A stretch of DNA of 64,000 nt from Halodesulfurarchaeum sp. (GCA_034520565.1 JAXHNL010000002.1:1472001-1536000); one strand, 5' to 3'. Positions 22,229 to 32,280 are shown, numbered from the stretch's first letter. Notes: generated by a model not told the origin, from the letters alone. Numbers and translations: made by a program.

Positions 22229-23299
22229 TCATTCGACGGTGAACTCGATCGAGTCCATTTCGATGAAGGCCGTTTCGTATCCATCGTGGCGGGCCAACTG
22301 TGGCGGCGTGTCAACTGAAATGCGAACTGTCTCCCCTCGTCGAATTTCCTGCAGAGAAACGCCATAAAACGGGCCGAGTTCCGGATCGAGCGAGGCCTGC
22401 AGCGGTTTTTCAAACCGTGTCGTTTCATCTCGCTTGATGGTCGCTGACAGACCCATCCGAGGAAGGATCACACTGTTGTACGGGGTTCGTGGTGAGACAT
22501 AGAGAAACGGACCATCGTTTGTTCGAAATCGGTTTTGTCCCACGAGGAGGCCGGTGAGAATCGTGGCATCTCCCGACTGACTTTCGTCGAGTACGCGACC
22601 GGGGAGCGCTTCGGGTTTCGGCGCTACTGGACTCGGTACCCCGTTCATTTCTTCGAGATCGACCGTTCCACGGGTGCCCGCCAGTTCGTTCAATCGGCGA
22701 ATCTCCAGATTGTACGTCTCGCTCGTGTCGAAGGAAAACTCCATGGAGGCGGAACGAGGTTCGGTGAACCGCCCTCGAAAGGGTTCGGTCAGATGGGCCT
22801 GTAGTGGACCGACGTGGAACGTAATTTCGTACCGTTTCTCCCCGGGGAGTGGAATGTTATCGCCGTAGTGAAATCCCATCGTGGGCGAGATCATCGGCCA
22901 GAGGTTCGTGGAAATCGAGTCGCCGTCCGTGGAACTGATCTCGGTCGAAACGTCAACTGGCAGAATCGTCTCCGTTTGGAGGTCCCAGACAGTCGCCATC
23001 AGATGAATCGAATCGTCGGGTCGGACGACGACTTTCGACCGGCGTGAACCGGTCACGTTCCAGAATCGATGCGGATACGAGTGCATCACGGCGAACCCGA
23101 CGTCTCCGTCCGTCGTCGTTCCGTACATTCCCATCCCTTCCACGATTTCGGGGTAGTAGACGGCAGCAGGCCGGTCTGTAACGAGTGGTGGATCCCGCCA
23201 GACCGATTGGGTCTCGAACCCGAGCCGGCCGAGACATCCGGAGAGGAGTGTGGTGCCGGTGATGGCGGCACTGCTTCGGAGAAAGGAACGTCGACGCAT
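22229..23299 (-). CDS. P19/Tpd-like iron-binding Tat lipoprotein
   Basis: RRRSFL and LSGC signal; HLM...PMISPTMGFHYGDNI and RHDGYE motifs. Confidence 0.75.
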   Translation of the reverse strand: MRRRSFLRSSAAITGTTLLSGCLGRLGFETQSVWRDPPLVTDRPAAVYYPEIVEGMGMYGTTTDGDVGFAVMHSYPHRFWNVTGSRRSKVVVRPDDSIHLMATVWDLQTETILPVDVSTEISSTDGDSISTNLWPMISPTMGFHYGDNIPLPGEKRYEITFHVGPLQAHLTEPFRGRFTEPRSASMEFSFDTSETYNLEIRRLNELAGTRGTVDLEEMNGVPSPVAPKPEALPGRVLDESQSGDATILTGLLVGQNRFRTNDGPFLYVSPRTPYNSVILPRMGLSATIKRDETTRFEKPLQASLDPELGPFYGVSLQEIRRGETVRISVDTPPQLARHDGYETAFIEMDSIEFTVE

Positions 23300-23303
23300 C
23301 GAT

Positions 23304-24593
23304 CTACTCAGTTCTCACGGGTTCTGGATTAGGGGGTGGGAGTGCACGCAACGACCGAGGTGGAACGAGGTAATTACCCCGCCGTAACGTCCGAATGTAC
23401 TGGAGAATCCCGTTATTATTCCGTTGCCCGATAGCCGACTCCTCGGCAATTACGGACCCGTTCATCGCTTCTCGCGTGTCGACGAAATCTGCGATCCGGC
23501 GCTGGAGCGAGAGGAAATGGAGGCCAGTGGATCCATCTCCGGTCGAATTGAAATCCCGTCGGAGGATGAGGGGGGAGTCGGTCTCGTCGCGTGCCTCGGC
23601 GGACTTCTGTGAATGGCCGACGACGCCCTTCTCGCGAGCGGTCTCATCGACCGGTCGGCAATCTTCGATTCGGGTGTCCGTGCCGAGATTTTCACCACTC
23701 CCCTCGATGAGACCGTTTTCGGCGTGGTGTGGGCAGAACATTTTCGCTTCCCGTTGCCACCGATCGTCTTGATTGTACCACTGATCGAGGTCGAGGTGCA
23801 GTTTCGAGAGATGCTGTGTCGTTCCACCTGCAAACGGGCCCTCCTGAATGGTCACGCGATCTTCGCTCGGTTGATTCCGTTCGAATCCGGATTTGAACCC
23901 CATGAACATCGGGGCCTCTCGGGAAACGGCATCTGCTGAAACGCTATCGACCTCGGATGCCTTTTCCGCCGGGAGTCCTTCGCCAATGAAGCCCGTTCGT
24001 CGATCGGTCACGTCGAAGACGTCGGTCACCGACGCGTCAGGTTGTTCGATTTCGTTGACAGTCGCTAACTCGCCTTTGAGTCCCCCTTCGGCGCCGAGAA
24101 CCACTTCTGGCGTATTGCTTGCAAGGTGAACCACGGCATCCGGGGTATCAAATTCGGGATCCTCGAACGGCGCGAGAGGTTCCGGGGCCGGCAAATCCGG
24201 ACCTTCGCCCAGCGGTTCGGCAAATCGGTCGAAGTACGACGGGGAGTAACTAATCGTGAGTAACAGTCCGTTTGCGCTCCGTTCGTAGGCTCGTTCGACC
24301 CCACGGATCGCCGTTTCGAAAGTCTCCCGATCGTCGTCAGTTGGAACAGCGCCATCCGCGAGGGACAAAAAGAGTAGAACGCGATGTCGAGGGGGACGCG
24401 TATTTCCCGCCTCGTCCGTCGGAAGGACTTCGTTCCACGCGTGTTGGCGATCGGGATAGGACGACGAATCCGGCGATCCGGTGGGCACAGTGACATCCCC
24501 GCGCCCCAAACAGGCACTGAACGCCGCCGCACCACCGATAGCGACGGCAGATTTGAGGAATTCACGACGGGGGAGCCCACGGCCATCGGTCAT
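23304..24593 (-). CDS. Tat-exported DyP-type peroxidase-like lipoprotein
   Basis: RREFLK and FSAC signal; MGFKSG, GHSQK, ILRRDF, FLSLQ. Confidence 0.7.
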   Translation of the reverse strand: MTDGRGLPRREFLKSAVAIGGAAAFSACLGRGDVTVPTGSPDSSSYPDRQHAWNEVLPTDEAGNTRPPRHRVLLFLSLADGAVPTDDDRETFETAIRGVERAYERSANGLLLTISYSPSYFDRFAEPLGEGPDLPAPEPLAPFEDPEFDTPDAVVHLASNTPEVVLGAEGGLKGELATVNEIEQPDASVTDVFDVTDRRTGFIGEGLPAEKASEVDSVSADAVSREAPMFMGFKSGFERNQPSEDRVTIQEGPFAGGTTQHLSKLHLDLDQWYNQDDRWQREAKMFCPHHAENGLIEGSGENLGTDTRIEDCRPVDETAREKGVVGHSQKSAEARDETDSPLILRRDFNSTGDGSTGLHFLSLQRRIADFVDTREAMNGSVIAEESAIGQRNNNGILQYIRTLRRGNYLVPPRSLRALPPPNPEPVRTE

Positions 24594-24695
24594 TACGGGC
24601 GAGTTGGCGAGTCCCGTGAATAGGGGTTCTGGTCCGATTCTCGAATCCCGGGGGGAAATCGCCGTAATCGGGCGCTTTTTGGACTCGCCTAGGTA

Positions 24696-24917
24696 ATGGA
24701 ACGTATGCACGGAGCCGAATCCGGGAATTCGGGGATGTCCAGCAGGAAGGCTGGGCTGTACGTGGCTCCCTTCGTTCTCCTCGGCCTCGCCGACATCGTG
24801 CTCCTTCTGTGGTGGGGAATCGATCCGCTTTGGGGGTTCGTCGTCTTCCCACCAATCGTATTTATTAGTGTCCTCGGGTGGATCGCGTTCAAATCCGGGT
24901 TCATCAGTGACCGGTAG
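24696..24917 (+). CDS. Small 2-TM membrane protein
   Basis: Two hydrophobic helices; start uncertain. Confidence 0.6.
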   Translation: MERMHGAESGNSGMSSRKAGLYVAPFVLLGLADIVLLLWWGIDPLWGFVVFPPIVFISVLGWIAFKSGFISDR

Positions 24918-25063
24918 TGACTGGTCACCGATCGTTGGGAGCAGGTCACTGACACGCTCTATGTGTGTCGAACGGGACCGAGCGGCGTTTGAATGAGCGA
25001 CAATTCCGGGAGGTCATCGCCGAGATGGCCGGGACTTAAGTTCGATCCAGCCCTCCACTCTGT

Positions 25064-26803
25064 ATGACAGCGGACGAGGAGACCGGACGGTTCGAGTACG
25101 ATAGAGATCCCGACCTGCGGAGTAACGAAGTCATCCAGGGAGCCGAGCGGGCGCCACATCGGGCTATGTTTCGTGCCATGGAGTACGACGACGATGATCT
25201 CGCCTCCCCGTTGATCGGGATCGCGAATCCGGCAGCGGACATCACGCCCTGTAACGTTCACCTGGACGATGTCTCCCAGCGCGCCTCCGAGGCCGTAGAC
25301 GATGCAGGCGGCATGCCGATCGAATTCGGTACCATCACCATCTCGGACGCCATTTCGATGGGGACCGAAGGGATGAAAGCATCGCTCATCTCACGGGAGG
25401 TCATCGCCGATTCGGTCGAACTCGTCTCCTTCGGGGAGCGAATGGACGGGCTGGTCACCCTCGGCGGCTGTGACAAGAACATGCCGGGGATGATGATGGC
25501 CTCGATTCGAACCGACCTTCCATCGGTGTTTCTCTACGGCGGATCGATCATGCCCGGACAACACGACGGTCGAGAAATCACGATCCAGAACATGTTCGAG
25601 GGGGTGGGGGCCGTTGCGACGGGGGAAATGGAGCCCGAAGAGCTGGATCGTATGGAGCGGGTTGCCTGTCCGGGTCCCGGATCCTGTGGCGGGATGTTCA
25701 CCGCGAATACAATGGCCTCAATTGCCGAGACCCTCGGTTTTGCACCGCTTGGGTCGGCTTCGGCGCCGGCCGAGGAAGCGGCCCGGTACGAGGAAGCCGA
25801 ACGAGCCGGACGGATCGCCGTCGAGGTCGTCCAGGAACGTCGACGTCCATCCGACTTTCTCACCCGCGAGTCCTTCGAGAACGCGATTGCGCTGCAGGTA
25901 GCCGTCGGTGGGTCGACGAACGCGGTCCTCCATTTGCTTGCGATGGCTGCCGAGGCTGGCGTCGATTTGGACATTCAGACGTTCAACGAGGTAAGCGAGC
26001 GAACGCCGAAAATCGCCCACCTGCAGCCGGGTGGAAGTCGTGTAATGAACGATCTCCACGAGGTCGGTGGGGTGCCGGTCGTCCTTCGGGAATTGCTCGA
26101 AGCCGGACTCTTGCACGGTGACGCGATGACGGTCACCGGGAACTCCCTTCAGGTGGAAATCGAGCGGCTCGACCCACCGGCTATCGATGAACTCGACGTC
26201 CACTTCCTCCATCCGGTCGCCGACCCGATTCACGATCGGGGGGCAATTCGCATATTGACCGGGAACCTCGCGCCGGACGGGGCCGTGATCAAGATCACCG
26301 GGAGTGATCACCTCCACCACGACGGACCGGTCCGGGTGTTCGAATCCGAGGAGCCCGCGATGGAGTACGTCGAGAACGGGCGAGTCGAGTCAGGAGACGT
26401 ACTCTGTATCCGGAACGAAGGTCCCAGGGGTGGCCCCGGTATGCGAGAGATGCTGGGTGTGACATCAGCCGTTGCCGGACAGGGACATGCCGAAGACGTC
26501 GCCCTGTTTACCGACGGGCGGTTTTCCGGGGCGACACGGGGTTTATCTATCGGGCACGTCGCCCCCGAGGCGTACGTCGGGGGGCCAATCGCGGCTCTGG
26601 AGGACGGGGACCGAGTGACGATCGACGTTGACGAACTGGAACTGTCCGTCGACCTCTCCGAATCGGAAATGGAGGCCCGGCTCGAGGAGCATGCGCCGGA
26701 GCCGAATTACGAGAACGGAGTGCTGGCGAAATACCACCGCGATTTCGGATCGGCTGCGAACGGAGCCGTCACGAATCCGGGCGTTCAGTGGGAGCGCAAG
26801 TAA
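25064..26803 (+). CDS. ilvD: Dihydroxy-acid dehydratase
   Basis: [32 protein letters not shown]. Confidence 0.95.
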   Translation: MTADEETGRFEYDRDPDLRSNEVIQGAERAPHRAMFRAMEYDDDDLASPLIGIANPAADITPCNVHLDDVSQRASEAVDDAGGMPIEFGTITISDAISMGTEGMKASLISREVIADSVELVSFGERMDGLVTLGGCDKNMPGMMMASIRTDLPSVFLYGGSIMPGQHDGREITIQNMFEGVGAVATGEMEPEELDRMERVACPGPGSCGGMFTANTMASIAETLGFAPLGSASAPAEEAARYEEAERAGRIAVEVVQERRRPSDFLTRESFENAIALQVAVGGSTNAVLHLLAMAAEAGVDLDIQTFNEVSERTPKIAHLQPGGSRVMNDLHEVGGVPVVLRELLEAGLLHGDAMTVTGNSLQVEIERLDPPAIDELDVHFLHPVADPIHDRGAIRILTGNLAPDGAVIKITGSDHLHHDGPVRVFESEEPAMEYVENGRVESGDVLCIRNEGPRGGPGMREMLGVTSAVAGQGHAEDVALFTDGRFSGATRGLSIGHVAPEAYVGGPIAALEDGDRVTIDVDELELSVDLSESEMEARLEEHAPEPNYENGVLAKYHRDFGSAANGAVTNPGVQWERK

Positions 26804-26807
26804 CTCG

Positions 26808-28067
26808 TTAGCGTCGCTTTCGGCCCTTCAGGGCCCCGTAGGTGATTCCACCGACGACGACCGGCCCACCGATCAGTAACGCCCGCATCACGTTCGTTCC
26901 GAGCCCGATCTCGGTGTAATAGCCGGCGACGCCGGCGAGAGCGAAAAACGCGATTGCTCCCAGGCCGATCGCGGTTCGGCCGGGACGGTCGAAGGGATGC
27001 TGGATTCGCGTCGCGTCGGGGTCCTCGACTGAATCGCCGGTCACGATCGTGTCGACGATCGGGACGGATGCGAGCATTCCGCCGATGACGCCCGGAACGA
27101 CGACTCCTGCGATGAACCGCGCGTTGATAGCGGCCCCGAGGAAACCGATGTCTATCGGGGGCATCACACGAAGGATGCCGTAAATCCAGAGGAGGTACCA
27201 GTCCGGTTTGACCAACGGCGTGCCAGGTCCAGAGGGACCATACAGTTCCACCGGGTGAACGGGCACGAACGCAGCGAGCAACGTCACCGCGGTGGCGTAG
27301 GTGAAAAACACCCCGGCCATAATGACGGCCTGTTCGGGCCAAAGTGGAACACCCACGAGCCCCTCCTTCACGGTGTTTGCTTGGGACTTCAGGCGTCCCG
27401 TTATTCCGGGATCCTGGGTGTGTTTGACCTTCATGATGATGAGCAGGTGGAGACCGATGAGCGAGGCGAGAAGCGCTGGGATGACGACCACGTGCAGTGT
27501 GAAAAATCTGGGCACGGTGAACGAATTCGGGAACGGCCCGGCAAAGAGCAGATTTGCCACGTCCTGTCCGATGAACGGCACTGACGTGGCGATCTCGTAT
27601 CCGATGCTGGTGGCCGTCACGGCGAACTCGTCGAAGGGGAGGAGGTAGCCGAGGAAGGCCGCAAGAATCGTCAGCCCGAGTAACCCGGTCCCGAGCACCC
27701 AGTTGATATCCCGCGGTTTCCTGTACGCACCGGTGAAGTAAACCCGGGCCATGTGAACGACGATGGTCGCCAGCATGATGTGGGCACTCCAGTGATGGAT
27801 GCGTCTGACGAGTAACCCGATCGAGAGGCTATTGATTTGAACGACGCTCGCGTATGCGGCGGGAACCGTTTCCCCATCGAGGGTTACCGATGCCGTACTC
27901 GGCTCGTAAAACAGGCCAAGGAAAATCCCGGTCGCGACGATTCCGGTGAAGGCGAACAGGGCCAGTTCCCCGAGGAGAAAGCTTCCGTGGAGGGGAAAGG
28001 CCTTCTTGTCGAACCGATTGAACAGGCGGTCGAGATCGAGACGGGACCCATCTGGATCGGAACTCAT
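26808..28067 (-). CDS. Fused cytochrome b (b6 plus subunit IV) of a Rieske/cyt b complex
   Basis: His ligands in RIHHWSAH..VHM and TLH..GLH; Qo motif PDWY. Confidence 0.92.
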   Translation of the reverse strand: MSSDPDGSRLDLDRLFNRFDKKAFPLHGSFLLGELALFAFTGIVATGIFLGLFYEPSTASVTLDGETVPAAYASVVQINSLSIGLLVRRIHHWSAHIMLATIVVHMARVYFTGAYRKPRDINWVLGTGLLGLTILAAFLGYLLPFDEFAVTATSIGYEIATSVPFIGQDVANLLFAGPFPNSFTVPRFFTLHVVVIPALLASLIGLHLLIIMKVKHTQDPGITGRLKSQANTVKEGLVGVPLWPEQAVIMAGVFFTYATAVTLLAAFVPVHPVELYGPSGPGTPLVKPDWYLLWIYGILRVMPPIDIGFLGAAINARFIAGVVVPGVIGGMLASVPIVDTIVTGDSVEDPDATRIQHPFDRPGRTAIGLGAIAFFALAGVAGYYTEIGLGTNVMRALLIGGPVVVGGITYGALKGRKRR

Positions 28068-28702
28068 GGTCCGATCTCCTCCTCGAAGTCCGAGCTCAAC
28101 GCCAGTGAGTCCTCGTCAGTGAATTCGACCCCGATCTGGGGCAATGCTCGATCGGCAGGTGGATGAACCACCTCTGCGCCCTGGTACGGATCGAATTGAC
28201 TCCCGTGGCAGTTGCAATAGTCGGTCGGGTTGCCCGTCGGCGTTTCTTCCTCGATGTCCCAATCGACGGTACAGCCGAGATGGGTGCAGATCGCGGAGTA
28301 GGCAACGTAGCCGTTGGCCGTCATCGATTCGATCGTCGGTCCCCCGACTTGATCGGGTGGAAGGTGGTGTAGCCTGACGAGATAGTCGTTTTCCTCGACG
28401 TGGTTTTCGGGGTAGACGAGGGCGGAATCGGGGATCGCCAACATGTCCTCCGTGATCGTCTCTCCGATCTCGTAGATTGTCTCGCCGCCATCTGGCGTGT
28501 ATTCGGCGGCGAGGACGAGTGTCTGCCCGGACAGTGACCCACCCGAAGCCCCTTGTGCGATGCCGAGGTTCTTGAGCGGTGCCAGCATCGCCCCGGCAAA
28601 GCTTAGCAATCCGATGCCGCCGAACACCTGGACGATCCGGCGTCGCAGCAGTCCGATCGGATTCGATTCCTCGTCAGGCTGTGTGGTATCGGGTGCTGAC
28701 AT
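28064..28702 (-). CDS. Rieske iron-sulfur subunit
   Basis: CTHLGC and CNCHGSQFD boxes; RRR plus TM anchor. Confidence 0.92.
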   Translation of the reverse strand: MSAPDTTQPDEESNPIGLLRRRIVQVFGGIGLLSFAGAMLAPLKNLGIAQGASGGSLSGQTLVLAAEYTPDGGETIYEIGETITEDMLAIPDSALVYPENHVEENDYLVRLHHLPPDQVGGPTIESMTANGYVAYSAICTHLGCTVDWDIEEETPTGNPTDYCNCHGSQFDPYQGAEVVHPPADRALPQIGVEFTDEDSLALSSDFEEEIGP

Positions 28703-28707
28703 CGGTG

Positions 28708-28959
28708 TTACCAGAGATCCTCGTCGCTTTCGAGTACGATACGGTGTTCTTGGAAGAGCCGGTGGTAACTGAGAACCATCCCGCCCATCGAGGCGAACGC
28801 GAGAGCGAGAAGGACACCGAGGACGGTCGTGGTGAACTCCAGGAATATCCCGGCTGCAAAGCCAATCGAGGCCACTGACAGGACGATACTCAGGAGAATG
28901 AACACCGCCAAAAGCCGTGGCGAATCGGCGGGTTCGACTCGAGAGATGATCTCATGCAT
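28708..28959 (-). CDS. Small 2-TM protein in the Rieske/cyt b operon
   Basis: Two helices; tight spacing. Confidence 0.65.
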   Translation of the reverse strand: MHEIISRVEPADSPRLLAVFILLSIVLSVASIGFAAGIFLEFTTTVLGVLLALAFASMGGMVLSYHRLFQEHRIVLESDEDLW

Positions 28960-29116
28960 GGAGCCCCACCTCCCAGCGCTCCAGAAGGAAGGTCATGAGT
29001 AGCACGAGGCCGACGAAGGCGAACGCGACTGCGCCGATTTGCCACGCTTCGAGTGCGCCACCCTCTGATGCCACTAATATGGTGGGCTCAATCAGGTTTA
29101 ATGGGAGGATATTCAT
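28952..29116 (-). CDS. 54-aa single-TM protein, first gene of the Rieske/cyt b operon
   Basis: MNILPLNL...AWQIGAVAFAFVGLVLLMTFLLERW; overlaps the next gene. Confidence 0.55.
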   Translation of the reverse strand: MNILPLNLIEPTILVASEGGALEAWQIGAVAFAFVGLVLLMTFLLERWEVGLHA

Positions 29117-29335
29117 GGGTGTCCCCTTCAAAAATAGGTTTGGCCTTCTGGTAAATAATGGTATGGGGCTTTGTGACTCGCATACTAGTCCGGAATGGCC
29201 GTCAGTTTGGCGCCGATCGAAACGGAATGTTGGCCGAGGAGGGAGAGTGCCGCCGGGACCCAATCGTTTATGTTGTGCAGGTCGGTATCAGTGAGCGTAG
29301 AGGAAAAAGGCCCACTAATGAGTGGGGTTTCAATC

Positions 29336-29860
29336 ATGGGAGAAACGAGAACACGGATCGCCGAAACGGTCCATTCGAAACCGGGGATCCACTTCAACGG
29401 GATCGTGCGGACCTGTGACCTTGCGACCGGACAGGTCCAGTACCATCTCGAACGACTGCTGTCCGAAGACGATCTCGTCAAAGCTGATCTTTACGGTCGG
29501 TCCCACTACTTCCCGACCGAATACGACGATTGGGAACGGCGTACCCTGTCGCTACTCAGACGAGAAACGACCCTCGACGTGGCCTCGGTAATTCTCGAGA
29601 CCGGGCCCGCGACGCCGAACGAACTCGTCGAGGAACTCGATCTCGCCCGCAGTACCCTCGAATGGCACTTGAACCACCTCGTCGAACAGGACGTGGTAAA
29701 CAAGCGCTACACCGCAGCGGACCCCGTCGTTCTCGAAGTTTCCCGACCCGAGGAATTGATCGTGCTGGTCAGTGAGGCCGATCCGACGCTCCTCGGACAG
29801 ATGGTCGGTCGGTTTACCCGCCTCGTCGACCGAATGCTTGCGGAGGACGTCGATTTATGA
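29336..29860 (+). CDS. Double winged-helix transcriptional regulator
   Basis: PGIHFN..GQVQYHL and LARSTLEWHL HTH units. Confidence 0.85.
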   Translation: MGETRTRIAETVHSKPGIHFNGIVRTCDLATGQVQYHLERLLSEDDLVKADLYGRSHYFPTEYDDWERRTLSLLRRETTLDVASVILETGPATPNELVEELDLARSTLEWHLNHLVEQDVVNKRYTAADPVVLEVSRPEELIVLVSEADPTLLGQMVGRFTRLVDRMLAEDVDL

Positions 29861-29941
29861 CGGTCCACGTCTCCTCCATTGCAGGACTCGATTGGCTCAG
29901 TTTCGGGACCTGTTTCGACGCCCACTAACAGAACACAAACG

Positions 29942-30028
29942 ATGTCTCAAAAAACCCTCATCGCTCTGTTGATCGGCGGACTGGCATTCATGATGTTCGC
30001 TGCCGGTTTCATGTTGGTCCTTGGCTAA
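29942..30028 (+). CDS. Possible 28-aa hydrophobic peptide
   Basis: MSQKTLIALLIGGLAFMMFAAGFMLVLG*. Confidence 0.4.
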   Translation: MSQKTLIALLIGGLAFMMFAAGFMLVLG

Positions 30029-30048
30029 TTGAAACGCCGCGTACCCGT

Positions 30049-30261
30049 TTAAATCCGCTCCGCCGTGAGGTAGGTTAGATAAACGAGGATTACGATCATC
30101 ACGCCGACGAGTCCGAACTGGGAAAGTGAGGCCAGCGATCCATCAAGTCCCCACGGAGTCACGACAAGAAAGAGAGCGATAAACACGAGCATAACGCCAA
30201 CGGGAACAGCGTTCACCGTGATGTCGAGCCAGGTCTCTCGGTCCCAGGATTTGCGTGCCAT
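30049..30261 (-). CDS. cox-cluster small membrane protein (DUF6684-like)
   Basis: DRETWLDITVN plus 2 TM; end of cox operon. Confidence 0.75.
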   Translation of the reverse strand: MARKSWDRETWLDITVNAVPVGVMLVFIALFLVVTPWGLDGSLASLSQFGLVGVMIVILVYLTYLTAERI

Positions 30262-30264
30262 GAG

Positions 30265-30723
30265 TTAGAACCTCCGTTGGAGCGGTTTCAGAATGCCTGA
30301 AGCGACCGCACCGAGAACCAGTATCGCTCCGGCAATGACGATTGCCTCGCCCCGCACGGCAATCGTGTTCGTCTCCGCGGCCGCCAGCAGCGTCTCGATG
30401 GCAACCGTCGACACTTGCGAGCCCCACATGACGCCCCCGAAACCAACGAAAATCGTCCCCATGATCAGGAGGGGCCACCAGCGGGACTGGACGTAGTCCG
30501 TTTCCTCGAGAATTCCGGCGACGCTGCCGCCGAAGAGGATCAATCCCCCGATGGAAAGCGGCACCAGATTGAGGACGATTCCGATTTCCCCGACGGCGAA
30601 TCCCAATGCGATGAAGGGTGGCCAGGCACTCACCCGGTGGACGCGAGTGGGCGAACCGACTACTTTGGACTCGGATTGGGGCTCCATTTCGTCGCCTGCC
30701 GTCGGACTGGTGTGTTCGCTCAT
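30265..30723 (-). CDS. cox-cluster membrane protein
   Basis: SAWPPFIALG..EIG, 4 TM; coupled to coxC. Confidence 0.75.
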   Translation of the reverse strand: MSEHTSPTAGDEMEPQSESKVVGSPTRVHRVSAWPPFIALGFAVGEIGIVLNLVPLSIGGLILFGGSVAGILEETDYVQSRWWPLLIMGTIFVGFGGVMWGSQVSTVAIETLLAAAETNTIAVRGEAIVIAGAILVLGAVASGILKPLQRRF

Positions 30724-31559
30724 TAGACCACCGCCCCCACGTATAGCGTCGCGACGAGGAAGATCCAGACGGCGTCCACGAAGTGCCAGTACATCGTCAC
30801 CGTCGAGACCGAGGTGTGGCGGGTTTTCGAGTACTGACCGGCGAGAGTCCGGACGGCCAGAATGGCCAGCAGGACGACGCCGAGACCCACGTGAAGTCCG
30901 TGCAGTCCAGTCAGTCCGAAGAAGGCGCTGTAGTACGGGCCGCTCGCGAAGCTCAATCCCTCGCCGATCACGAACTCGTAGTATTCGTACCCCTGGCCGG
31001 CGAGGAACACGATTCCGAGCCCCAACGTCGCCCCCAGGAGTCGCTTGTATCGTTTCCGATCCCCGTTCCGAAGCGCGAGGTGTCCGTAGTGGAGCGTTAC
31101 GCTACTCGCGACCAGGATCGCCGTATTGACGAGGACGAGCGAACTCACGAGCGTCGGAAGTTCGCCCGGTGGCCAGGGGCCTGCTCTGATGAAGAAGTAA
31201 TAGACGAAGCCGGCCCCGAACGTGAAGATTTCCGTTCCGAGGAAGAGGATCATCGCCCACCTGAATTTTCCAGCAGAGCCCTCCCGCTCCCAGAAGTGAG
31301 CGATAAATCCCTGGTAGAGCCAGCCGTAAAGGCCACCGAGAAAAGCGAGGACGCCGAGTATTACGAATACGGGGCCGAGGACTGCTGGTCCGAACGCGGA
31401 CTCTGCACGGGCGAGCAGCCACAGGCCAAACCCGAGATAGATTCCGGTGACACCGAGTGCGGCGACGACGGGCCATAACGAGGCCTCTCCGAATCCTTTC
31501 GGCCAGTCGTTCGGGGCGGGCAAGTGATGCTGGCCCTGTTCCCCGTCCTTGGTCGCCAT
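30723..31559 (-). CDS. coxC: Heme-copper oxidase subunit III
   Basis: FLGTEI, GLHGLHV, YWHFVD. Confidence 0.92.
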   Translation of the reverse strand: MATKDGEQGQHHLPAPNDWPKGFGEASLWPVVAALGVTGIYLGFGLWLLARAESAFGPAVLGPVFVILGVLAFLGGLYGWLYQGFIAHFWEREGSAGKFRWAMILFLGTEIFTFGAGFVYYFFIRAGPWPPGELPTLVSSLVLVNTAILVASSVTLHYGHLALRNGDRKRYKRLLGATLGLGIVFLAGQGYEYYEFVIGEGLSFASGPYYSAFFGLTGLHGLHVGLGVVLLAILAVRTLAGQYSKTRHTSVSTVTMYWHFVDAVWIFLVATLYVGAVV

Positions 31560-31560
31560 G

Positions 31561-32280
31561 TTAGCTCTCCTCCTCCTCCGTTTGTTCGGCCACCCACTCT
31601 TCGTATTTGTCCTGGCTGACGACCCTCACGTCAGCGAGCATTTTCGAGTGACCCTGCCCGCAGTATTCTGCACAGTAGAGGGTATAGGTCCCCTTTTCGG
31701 TGATCGTCGTCTGTAACGTGTTCGTCTGGCCCGGGATGGCGTCAGTTTTGAGCGCCAACTCGGGGACGTGAACCGCATGGATCATGTCCCTCGATTGGAC
31801 CCGTATGAAGATCGTCTGATTGACCGGGACGACCATCTCCTGGGGGGTTGTGATGTCGTGTTCGGGATACTCGAAGACCCAGAGGAATTGTTGGCCGATG
31901 ATCGTCACTTCGACCGGGTCGCCCTCGACCTCTTCGACCGTTTGTGGGGCGGTGACGGCTGGTTCCGCCATCACCTGGTAGGATGCCAGTCCGACGAACA
32001 ACAACACGAGGGCCGTCGCGACCGTCCAGGAGATCTCGAGAGCCCTGTTTTCTCCGGTCGGTTTTGGCTCCTCGTTTTTCCGGAACCTCAGGACCGTATA
32101 GAGCAACAGGGCCGTCATGAAGACGCCGATGGGAACAGCCAGCAGCAGGAGGTCCCGATTCAGGTCCATGATGAGGTCTCTCGTCGTCGACTGGGCGGCG
32201 GCCGGCGCCGCGAACACGACAAGACTTCCGAGTGCGATCGCCGTGGCTGTGCCGACCTTGCGGATGACTGAACGGATCAT
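31561..32280 (-). CDS. coxB: Heme-copper oxidase subunit II (CuA)
   Basis: DMIH and CAEYCGQGHSKM; ATGA overlap with coxA. Confidence 0.93.
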   Translation of the reverse strand: MIRSVIRKVGTATAIALGSLVVFAAPAAAQSTTRDLIMDLNRDLLLLAVPIGVFMTALLLYTVLRFRKNEEPKPTGENRALEISWTVATALVLLFVGLASYQVMAEPAVTAPQTVEEVEGDPVEVTIIGQQFLWVFEYPEHDITTPQEMVVPVNQTIFIRVQSRDMIHAVHVPELALKTDAIPGQTNTLQTTITEKGTYTLYCAEYCGQGHSKMLADVRVVSQDKYEEWVAEQTEEEES

